Shown here: positions 23,976-34,359 of the stretch, in pieces
Position numbering within the stretch: position 1 is the first letter of the stretch
Layout: the number at the start of each line of letters is the position of its first letter
Source of the DNA: Lama glama
Lineage: Eukaryota
Length of the DNA: 64,000 bases
NCBI GenBank assembly: GCA_028534125.1
Contig: CM052817.1
Span: 42,348,001-42,412,000 of the forward strand
Direction of reading: 5' to 3'
Notes under the pieces: generated by a model
The model's input: the letters and a program-made list of their open reading frames with translations, nothing else
The model's database searches: none
Told to the model about the DNA's origin: nothing
Program-made: the position numbers and the translations under genes

Positions 23976-25929
23976 CTATTTTACCCACAAGAAAACAGAT
24001 CCAGAGAGGTAACTTACGTGGTCAAGCCCACAGAGCTAAACACAGCAGAGCTGGTAACTGGACACCCTTTTTCCTAATTTCAGGTTTTATACTTTTTCCT
24101 TTGGGCTTAAGACACTGAGCCAAGTAAGTTTTGTTGTGAAGGATAATTGATCATTTCTGGCTAATGTAGAATACCCGCTTGTAAGTCAGGTTATTAAATA
24201 TGACCATACTTTTTGTTTAGTATTTTATGTAGTAATTTTATTTAGGCCAAGAATGTTGGAGTGAATAGGTCTTATTTCTATTTTTCAGTTGATGTTTCAC
24301 TCTTACCTACTGTGACTTTGGTCTTTATTTTGTTAAAGAGAAAGTTGCAGGAAGGCTTACAGCTGGGGTTGAACTGACCAAGCTAGACAGACTAGGAAAG
24401 GCCTGAAAGGGCTAAGATCTGGGTTAGAAAGCCCTGGGAATTCCTCCAAAACACAAACTCCAAGCAACAGACAAAATGGCTGCACATCATAAGGAGAATT
24501 ACATGTTACGAAGTTTTTTAGAAAGTGTTTTCAGCCTTCTTCAGGGGTGGCGAAAATACCTAATTACAAAACCACAAAGCAGAGAGAGAAATGTTGGCTG
24601 AAGGAGGGGAGAAACTCTGTGTATTCACAAGTAGAGTCCAGTGTCAAATGTGGCTTGACTTCCATTAGCTTTGTTTTTTGACATAATAGATTTTTCTAGA
24701 AAGCCTTCCCCAAAATTAAACCCAATTAACACACAAATTCCTATTGAGATTTAGAAGCCAATCAAAGACAAATTCTGAGATGACACGCTGAGAAGGAAGG
24801 GACAGTGCCCAAGTCGATCCTGGTCGTAGTAAGATTCAGGGAGACCAAACTTGGGCGTGGCACTCGGACATCAGACAAGCGCAGTTTTAGGATACTCAAT
24901 ATCCAACAGAAAAAGAAAAGATGATAGTGGTTGAAGATGTCAAAGCGAGGAGGCTTCAGTAGATTAACCTGGCATGTTTCGTAGTTGTGCTGAGAGTCGG
25001 CTCTGAATACAATACAATAAGATCCATCACTTGGTGAAATAATGTGTAATGAGACATTGAATCACAGCCACAAGAAAGGGAAAAAACAGTGTCAAAGGCC
25101 CCTCCCAGTGTTGCATAAATGACAGGGAAACATATTTGGAACAGGATACGTTGAGCACTGTTTGTCTGTGTGTCCCCACCAGAAGAACAACCTCTAAACC
25201 CGTTGACCCAGTCAAGTCATTTTCTGTGGAAGTTTCTGTGACCTTTCCCACAGGCTTTCCCCTCCGCTGGATCCCAAGCTCGGTGCCACTTCACAGCTTG
25301 CATCATCTCCTCGGAACCCGGCCAAGGGGAGAGAGAACAGCTGGGAAGGGATGATTGTAAAAAGCCCCCAGGATTCTACAGAGGGTCCAGAAACCCCCTT
25401 CACCAAGTAAACTTAAGGAGCCCGAGGGCACTTTCGCCAAGCACAGCAGTAGTGTGAGGAGAGAGACACAAAATGCGAGCTGATTGGTGTGACCACGGTG
25501 CAGGGCAGACTTTTGTAACCAGGCTGAAAGTCCTGTCTATTTCGTAGCATTTGTTAATATGACCACAGACACGTTGACTAAATCCTAGGAACAGCTGCTC
25601 TTGATTCAACAACAAGGCATTAAGTCCCACAGCAAATACATGAAGTCCCGCTCTATTTTCATAACTGAAATACATATTTTAAAGACCCTTTCAGTTATTC
25701 AGTGTCACTGCACACATTATGACTCATTTTAAAAAGACTCTCAGTTTCCACAATGACTCTTAGTAGACTGTCCACAGATCATAACATGAACTGAAGTTAT
25801 TTCAAGAGAATATAGTTTTTATTTAATCTTATCTCATTCCTCTAAATTGAAAGCCACTGTTCCTAAAGCACCTCTTGGAGAGATATGAAGCAATTTCCCC
25901 CCTTTATTTTGGTTATGTGAATACATTCC

Positions 25930-26135
25930 ATTGCTGTTTTATGATTTACGAGCTAGGTATTATGTGGAACTTTTTATTCATTCTGAGCCTATGTAATTGC
26001 AGCTACAAAATGGCGATATCATCAGAATCTACCTGCTACAGTTGTTTGAGAATTAAATAGAATAATATATGTAGTGCTTAGCAAAATGCTGGGACATAGA
26101 AAGTGCTCAGTAAGTGTTAGCAGTAATAATCTTTA
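25930..26135 (+). mobile_element. MIR
   Basis: gttgtttgagaattaaatag...gtgcttagcaaaatgctgggacatagaaagtgctcagtaagtgttagc. Confidence 0.75.
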
Positions 26136-27099
26136 TCATCACCATCATTATTCACTTAAACTCAGGTTAGCCAAAAATATACTCATTTTTAAATAAGTTT
26201 TATGTTTGAAGATAGCTTATAACTTCTGATTATTAACTTTATATAATTATCACTACTGTCTAACTTGAAAATGTACAAAAATTTCAACGTCCTCCAAATT
26301 TGCTTGGTAAGGGAGTCACATATACAGAAGGGGAATTTTTTTAATTATTTCAAATTTTTAAAAATAGCTCAGTTTAATTTTCAGGCACAATAATGTTTAA
26401 TTTATGAAAAATCGAAAAAATCTCAATGATTAAAATTTATTGATAATCATTTTGCATGAAGCATTTAATCTAATCTTTACTATGCCAAAATAGAGTCATC
26501 GATGTTTTTAATTTTTGCTTATTCAAAAAAAAAAACATAGAACATTTGTATACCAATGTGGAATGCTTAAGAAATGTGCCACTCCGAGCAAATTGGAAAC
26601 AATGATTGGGAACCTCAAATTCATCTTGTTTGCTACATTTTAGGGCAGCAGATTCTCCAGCTTTATTGAGAAATGTTCAGAGAGGGAATGGAAAGTGTTT
26701 TGAAATCAGAAGAAGACGTGCGTCAGTGCTTATCTGCCACGGCATGGAGACCTCCCTCGGTTTAAAGGCCAGCCAAGCGTTGTCTTTGGAGCTTAACTAT
26801 GTAACCCAATGACATAAACGGGAGTGCCAGGCTGAAATCCTTCCAGACTTGGATACATCATGTGCTGAATTTTTTAGACCTAGATATAAAAATAGTTTCC
26901 AGGCTTAGAATCAGACGTAATAAGGATGAAATACCTCCATAAATTAAGTTTTCTAAAAGCTTCAAACGTAATTGAATTCGGGTAAGTCCTGCTATAATAA
27001 ACAAGTCAATTTTCCCAGGGTCCTGTGTAGAAATATGTTTCAAAGTGGTTCACACTTTCAGAAGTTCTTCCATGGCCTTTGCTTCCCTAAGGGTATTTT

Positions 27100-27633
27100 G
27101 TTTGAGATATTCTCTGAAGGCAGATTCTAAGACAAAGGTTTTTGTAATCATTAGTTGATTCATGGGTTGCTGTAAAACAAGAAGCAAGTGATTCCAGGAG
27201 CAAGAAGAAGCGGTCGAGGGTTAGAACAGGAAGGAGAAGCAACCCAAGGGACGGCGTCGGCCACACTCAGTTCTGTGGTTCCTTCTAAAGAGACATCTGG
27301 TCTGTGTTTCAGATAAGACCAATAAGGTATCAAAAGAGGGGACACCTATTCCTTCACTTCTGCCTCGTCAAGAGAGGCCTCACCGATCCTCCCCTGCACT
27401 TTGGAATGGTGCATTCATATTTAGACTGCTGGTGCAGGTGCATCAAAGCCAAAACCAAATATACAGGAAAAAAAAATAACAGTAGGAACTGAAAGATAGT
27501 AACACAGGCCTGAGTTGAGCACTGTCAGGTTGCACCTGTGGGAAGCTGGCTGACACCGTCAGAGAACCATTCAGCACAGCAGTTCTGGGGTGGGACGTGG
27601 AGAGAACGTGAAGTAGAGCTCAGTGTCTGCTGC
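27100..27633 (-). mobile_element. Ancient ERVL LTR (LTR16/LTR33 class), probable 3' LTR
   Basis: ctctgaaggcagattctaagacaaagg start; ends gtgtctgctgc, followed by a pyrimidine-rich tract (PPT on the minus strand). Confidence 0.55.
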
Positions 27634-28102
27634 CATTCATCCCTGTCACCATTCGGTCTCTTTCATTCCCTTCCCAGTGTCCCTTTCAAGGTAGTAGCCA
27701 AACTTGCAAGGACTTAATAAAAGTGGGTGAGTTCAATGAACTGCAGTCTTCACTGCTGTAGCTAGTCCTAAAGCCATCATCAGTATCTTCTCTCCCCCAA
27801 GACCCATTTTGAATTTCCCTTATACGTGGCTAGTAATGGTTGTGTGCCTGGTGGAGTGACCCTAGACTTTATCCTCAGGGTTCAGAATAAAACCCGCATT
27901 GTGGAAGACTACGTGCCAACCTTACAGGGTGCTGTACCTGAGCTGGTGCCTTTGCCAAGCCTTTCTCCTATCCTGTTCTACAGCCAGCCACTCTGCTCAG
28001 GCGAACTACTTCTGGGTGATGAGGTGTGTAATAAGTGTAATGGACTCCGTGGATACGCATCCATTCTTCTATTTCTTTTGCTGTAAAATTAGTCTGTTCT
28101 TG

Positions 28103-28724
28103 TCAAGATGAAGCAGACAGAAGAAAGTATACAATAAATACACGTGCTGCTTTATGTTTAACCTAAATAATGGTTTTGTGGTGGATGCAACCCACAAGGG
28201 TAACAAAATTCCTTTTGCAAATCATTCAGTAAAACCAAACTGCTCTGCAAATGTTTTGATGGTTAATGGTGATCACAAGATAGGGATTTTTGGTAAGAGA
28301 GCCATCCAGACCTGTGAGGAGCTGTTTTTTGATTACGGGAAGAGCCAGGCTGATGCCCTGAAGTATGCGGGCACTGGATGAGAAGTGAAAGTCCCTTGAC
28401 GTTTGCTACCTTCTCCTCCCTTTCCTTCTCCCTGGCACAGCTGCTTTAGCTTTAGGAACCGCAAGGGCTGTGGGCAATTTAGAAAAAGTAAATGCAGTTT
28501 GCAAATTCTGAATTTGCAAAGTCCTGTAAGAATAATTTAGAGTAATGAATTTAAAAATCAAATTTGTATCGCCTTCTCACCAGCTGCAAAGTGTTTTGTA
28601 CCAGAAAAAAATTTGCAATAATGCAGTATGGTACATTTTTCAACTCTGAATAAAGACTACTTGAATTTTAAGAGAGAGCAAGAACAAGAGTGAGAACGAG
28701 AGAGAGAGAGAGAGAGAAAGTGAG
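28103..28724 (+). pseudogene. EZH2: EZH2 processed pseudogene (5'-truncated retrocopy: SET-domain C-terminus, 3'UTR and decayed polyA tail)
   Basis: Translation [96 protein letters not shown] aligns to the EZH2 C-terminus (…[32 protein letters not shown]…[26 protein letters not shown]). No introns. Frameshifting deletion near 28123, premature TGA at 28379-28381, native TGA at 28397-28399. EZH2-like 3'UTR with AATAAA at 28649-28654. Confidence 0.95.
28670..28720. repeat. Purine-rich (GA)n tract, probably derived from the retrocopy polyA tail
   Basis: agagagagcaagaacaagagtgagaacgagagagagagagagagaaag, directly after the EZH2 3' end. Confidence 0.8.
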
Positions 28725-30154
28725 CACAAGGTGTGCGTACAGGCCCTGGGGCAGGCACGGCACAGCACGTCTAGGAAGTGGGTCTGCGCAGCTGCTGGAG
28801 CTCAGACGGTGAGCACTGTAAATATTCACCAAGAATCTGAGGCAACAGCTGGGCGATGAGGGCCATGCAGTAGCTGGAATAAAATAACACCCTGTGTTTA
28901 AGGACACTAGCTTCAGGAGGCTGAAAGCAAATAGCTCCTCCTCTCTGTCCTGATCCTCCTGTGGTTTGTTGTAAGGGTGTCCTGGATTTTGAGCAGTTCT
29001 CCCTGGTAAAAGCAGACTCCCTGGACACCACAGATAGCACTTTTTATGATCAATTTCTTATAGGGTGTGTCTCCATCCCCTGGCAGAATGAGATGATCAA
29101 AGCTGAAAGTTTCAATGACATCACTGAAACTGAAAATGAGGGAAATATGACATTAGAGCTAGAAGAGAAAATATGTCACTAAGTTCCCAAACCACAGAGA
29201 GGCTTCCTCTGCAGACTTCTCAGAAGATGGGGCTGCCTCAACACTGGGCCCATGAGAAGGAAGAGCTGTCCATAGCTCGTGCCCACTCACTAGAGCTCAA
29301 TGCCACAGAGCACGTGCTTCATCCTACCTGAATTGCAACAGACAGATATGACATCTTAACATGTAAAAAACAATCTGTTAGCATAAGTCAATGTTGGATG
29401 TGATACCATGTGAATAGATCAAGCATTAGGTAAATACTCTTATTGTAGTGATGGAGGAGGTTCTGTAAGGCTAAAAGGAAAGCCCAGGTGTCAATTCCAG
29501 TAAAGATGGCACAAGGTGGAAGAGCTCCAGTGTAACGACATTGGAATCAGACAGTTGGCTCTTCTCTTCAGGGATGACGCCACATTGCTGCATGTGTGAG
29601 GGCACTCTAGAGCGGCAAGAATAGCGAGCTCATTCTTGATGTGAGGTAGTCCATTTAGTGCCTCTATCCCTGACACATCATTCATAACTCACTGTGTCAG
29701 CACCACTGGGCTGAGTAAATACGGTGGTTGACACTTGCAAGATGGATCATCTTGTCCAGTTGGTTGCTGAGTGCCTCTTTTGTAGTGAATACATCTCAGT
29801 GGGCATTCATATGAGACACAAATATTTGCATATTCTGTGGCCACTTCCAGTGTTCCACCTACTGGCCTCTTCTCCAGACTTCTTTGCCTCTGATCATTGG
29901 TTGTTGCTCCTTCATGCACAGGGGTCAATGTATAGTCATAACTCAAACCACTGTCCTCTCTGCCTGGTAAACTGTAGGCTGTACTGCTCATAATTTTGAA
30001 CACTGAGAGAATTTCCTTCACCCCAATCTGGGGCCATCTTCGAGGAAGGCTGGAGCATGGTGGTAGCAGTACTTTTCTGGCTGGTCCTAAGGTTTTACAT
30101 ATTCCCGTCTGTGGACCAGATCTGAGTTTTTCCTCCTCTGTCAGTTGATCATAA

Positions 30155-30590
30155 TTGTTTCAGATTGGGTTTCCCAGGAAGCAGGGTCTGTTCAAAGGAT
30201 TTAACATGCAAGAGGTGTATTAGAGTGTGCTCTTGAGAACGTATCTGTGGAAGGAAAAAGAGTGAGGCAGGACTGGGCAGAGACGTGAGCTGTGAGGCAG
30301 TATCCGTGGAGCACCTCTGCTTGCCCTGCAGACAAGACTGAAGACCAGAAGACTCCTGAGAGCTGTCCTGAGCTCGGGCGAGAGAATCAGATCTTTGTAT
30401 GCCTTTTTCAGTGATCACCGAATGAAGGCTACTCAAGATGGGGGGTGATCTCAGGAAAGGAGGCTCTTTTCAATTAAGGCAACCTCCAAAGGGCTGACAG
30501 CGAGGGCTATTACAGTGTGTGGGATGATGAGTCTTTTATTCCTGAAGGGAAATCTGGGAAGGAATGTCAGCATATACCAGAGCAGTCAAC
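30155..30590 (-). mobile_element. LTR16-type ERVL LTR
   Basis: tcagattgggtttcccaggaagcag...gaggcaggactgggcagag...gagctgtgaggcag. Confidence 0.75.
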
Positions 30591-31459
30591 CTCTAGAAGG
30601 TACGATTTGAAGGAAAGGCATTGGTACAGCAGAGACGGTTTTCATGGGAGTCTGCTTATGTGGTTTGCTTGTTCTTTCTGAACCTGAATAAAACATTGTC
30701 CCCACTGATACTTGGGGTTGCTGCTGTGCACTGGACCTTAGGGCTTGGCTGATCAATAATACCTGGCTCCTGTGAGCCGTTCTGCCCGCAAAGTCATTTG
30801 GTATCCCAGGTAAGGTTCCAGATCTGCATTCTCATATTTTCAATTCATAGGAGATAAGCAAGCTAAATGTCTATCTAGAAATCTATCACATTGGTGAAGA
30901 CCTTGCCCTCAGGAAACATCCACTCTGTTATCAATAGCCATGGTTTACTGATAACAATAGCAACTCCATGGAGAATTAGCGTATTGAAACACTAGGGTAC
31001 AAATCAAAGTTGAAAGTTAACATATGAAGTTGCTCTTTTAAACAGAGATATTTCATGGCGGGAACACTATGAAACAGCTGAGCAAAAAGAACATCCATGA
31101 TATGTGATAGGAATCCTTACAAAGTATCTTCAATTCACTCTTTTGGAGTCTAATATATGAATATAGTCATAATTGAAATTTCTTTGTTTATAATGTTTTC
31201 TTCTCAGAATATAGTTTTATAGAACCCTTGGGTTACTACCACTCTTAGCATCTTAACATCTACAGATCTTAACATCTTCTGGTTAGTGCCTTTGTCTATA
31301 ATTAAGCAACTATATTTAAAAAGATTAATCCTCTAGAATATACACCAATCTTTTAATAATTTATTTTGATACTTGACACCTGTAAGTGAATTGACCAATG
31401 GATGTAGCTATTGGGGGAATTTATATATAAATTATATATAAATATGTGTAATAAGTAAA

Positions 31460-31494
<35 letters not shown>
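31460..31494. repeat. Compound (TG)n(TA)n microsatellite
   Basis: Directly visible. Confidence 0.95.
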
Positions 31495-31594
31495 CATATT
31501 TGTCCAATATAATACTTTTAGAATATAAATATGAAAACTTGAGAGAAAATTAACCTAAATTACAAGGACTATGCCTATCTCAAATCTGCAGGAT

Positions 31595-32100
31595 TATGTG
31601 GTGTTTTGAAGAGAAACTGAATTCTCCCCATCAAGATCTGAGGTCTAAAGCTTCTTCCTTTTGAACCTGGACCAGCTTTAGTGACTCTTAATATTAACCG
31701 AACGTAGTAGATGGGAGCTGTATAACTCCAAGGCTGGATCAGAAGAGACCACGAAGCTTCCACCTGGCTGTCTTGGAAAGCTCACTCTGACGGAAGTCAG
31801 AAACCATGCAATAAGTCTGATTATCCTGCAACCAGTATGCTGGAGAAGACAAAAGCAGACGCCCTAGCCAACAGCCCAGCTAAGCCATCAGCCTGTAATC
31901 GACTCCAAGGGTCAGCACTTGAGAGCCGTCTTCGACAGCCAGCCCATTCAGACTTTCCTATGACTGTATCCCAGCCAATGTCTGAGTGCACCCATATCAG
32001 AGCCAAGCATTCCTCAAATTTCTAATCTATAAAATGAGAAGCAAAGTGAAATGTTTGTTTCTAGAATTTTGGGGTTAATTGTTAGACAGTCATAATTACC
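31595..32100 (+). mobile_element. MLT1 (ERVL-MaLR) LTR
   Basis: ctccaaggctggatcagaagagacc..agcttccacctgg; ends ttttggggttaattgttagacagtcataattac. Confidence 0.75.
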
Positions 32101-32198
32101 GATTAGTGTGTGCCAAGTTCTCTGCTCTGTGCATTATTTCAATTGACTCCTTTAATACTGACACTGATGCAAAGTTAAGTGTCATTTCATTTTAGAGA

Positions 32199-32624
32199 TG
32201 AGGGGTTGGAAGTGGCCATTGAGAAGACGTGATTGCTGGTTGACCCACAAGTTGCACCTGGGCAATCGGGGGCTCCTCACCCCCTCCCCTATCCTCAGAA
32301 TGTGTGTTCTGCCCATCATTCCCATGGTGGAAGCCGTTTTCAAGGATGGACCCTTGAGAGAGTGATGTGTTGTTAAGACCATCTGGACAGGGTATGTGAC
32401 TGAAGCCCTTTTAGGCCTCTATATAAATTTTCAAGATTCTGGCAGGTGGGTGTGGAAACTGACTCTTCTTATGGCTGCCAGGGATGAGTTTTGCACATAA
32501 GTCCCCTTGCTTATTAAACCTACCAATCCAGAGTGCTCTGCCTCTTCCTTGGGTCTCTCTCTGTCTTCCACAGATGGGGGCCAGTTTCAAATTTCACCGG
32601 GGGAAATCCAGTGGTTACAAGCCA
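32199..32624 (+). mobile_element. Solo LTR (probably ERV1 class) inserted into a MIR
   Basis: TG...CA termini, TATA-like ctatataaa at about 32420, attaaa signal at about 32513; splits the MIR core cattttagaga|agatgacgaaagtgagc. Confidence 0.65.
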
Positions 32625-32787
32625 AGATGACGAAAGTGAGCTTCAAAGAGGTTAACCTTCTCTTCACGGCATGCAGCTAAGAAGAGGCAGAGCTGAAACT
32701 CAAACCCAAGTCTGCCTGACTAACCGTAACCTGAACAATAAGATCTAAAGAATCTTATATTTGTAGAGTAAAGACCACTCTTTAAGC

Positions 32788-32828
32788 AAAAAAAAAAAAA
32801 AAAAAAAGAAAAAGAAAGAAAGAAAAAA
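32788..32828. repeat. Poly(A)/(GAAA)n tract
   Basis: Directly visible. Confidence 0.9.
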
Positions 32829-33639
32829 GCAACATATCTGATACTAATTGAATTAGAAATACCCATATTTAGATAAAATAATTAAAACATTTTCTTGAGT
32901 TCAGCATGTGTAGCCTGGAAATGAAAAATTTGGATGAGAGGGCCCTAGTGAAAAACAAATTTAACTATTACCATATGAACATTGTTGCCTGGATAGTGAT
33001 GGTGCCAAATGGCTGAGCAAAAGGTATTGGAAATAATCTGTAACAACTTTTGTAAAGATGTTCTGGCATAAAAATGAAGAGCAATTTTATTTTGAGATAA
33101 TGAAAAGCATGAGTGAAAATATAATTAGTATCTGTAAAAAGTGAATCATTATAGTGCTTTGCTTTGAATGACCTTTGATGAAATTCAAGTTCTTCAATAA
33201 GCCATTATGCATTTAACCTAACATAAAAGAAGGAGAAATCAGGTTTCTTTTCTTTTCTTTTTTTGATTTTCATCCCCTTTATACATCTATCAAAACAAAA
33301 ATATCAGACTTAAACTACTGTCTCATATGCCAAGACTGATTGAGGAACTATAATTATTCTTGTTCACACACTAAACATATTTTTTATTTGTTCTGATTAT
33401 GTAAGTGGTTTGTAATTTATTTATCCCAAATAAAAACTATTTTCCATTTCTATTCTGCTTCACTTACACAGTTTTTACATATTAACTCTCAATCCAGGCA
33501 AAGAAACGCTTCATCAGTGACGACCCCTTCACCTCCCTCACTCTCCTTCAGAGGTGTCTTCCTTTATTCTGCATTATGTTTGACTTTCGGGGAATAGGTT
33601 GGATGTTTAAAATCCTATATTTATTAGGATTTGGCTTGT

Positions 33640-33820
33640 CTGATCCATGCTTTTTGATTATTCATATGTGTAAGCATCATCTGGGGAATGCATGATAAGA
33701 ACAGTCGATTCCTGGACCACATTGCCAGAGATCCTGATCTGAAGGGTGCAGAGCTGGGCTGAGGGATCTACAATTGTAAGGAGGAGTCTAAGACTCTGTT
33801 TGCAGGCGGAACTTTCTGCA
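33640..33820. mobile_element. MER5-type hAT MITE
   Basis: catcatctgggga...gattcctggacc...ccagagatcctgat...gggctgagggatctaca. Confidence 0.6.
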
Positions 33821-34359
33821 TAGATTCTTGTCTTCAGACTATTTACCTCCAGTGTTTCTACATAGAATTTTTACTCATAATCTGCAAAATTGTCGTATCT
33901 TATCTTAAAATGATCATCAACTGAAATAAAAATGGAAAGGACAAAGCCAGGAAAATTCCTCTTCCCACAATTCATCTTTGTATTAATTCAGCAACAAACC
34001 TTACTAAGTAATCTCTATTACCAGACAATCCCTCGGTATTCAGAATATAAAATAACACAAGACAACTGCTCACTAAGATGCCTATTATAATAGGTTTCTG
34101 TACTTCAAAATCTGTATTTCCCGGAAGTAATCATTTCTCTCCTATATCCCTTCTTTGCTGTTAAATTAGTGTGTAATACATTAAGAGAGGGTGCTTTTAA
34201 GTTTTCATTTGCAAAGATGCTATTCAAATCTTCTGTCACCAACGAATTGTGATGTGGAATAAGAATAAATTTTTTATTCATAAAATAAGGATAATAATAT
34301 TCAATTCACAGAATTTTTTTTAAGCATTTCAAAATTTTCAAAAATAAATAAGATAATGT

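Larger units (their letters stand above)
27634..30150 (-). mobile_element. Decayed ERVL internal sequence hosting the EZH2 retrocopy
   Basis: Motifs such as ttttgctgtaaa, ggtggagtgaccc and gggtcaatgtatagtc resemble ERVL internal consensus; no ORF remains. Confidence 0.55.

Noticed and set aside
28154..28381. Exon of a functional EZH2 or EZH1 gene
   Set aside because: Exons are fused, with an upstream frameshift, a premature stop, motif substitutions and no 5' part of the gene.
28498..28520. Perfect 11-bp inverted repeat tttgcaaattc-t-gaatttgcaaa
   Set aside because: Largely inherited from the EZH2 3'UTR; too short and AT-rich to imply a structured RNA.
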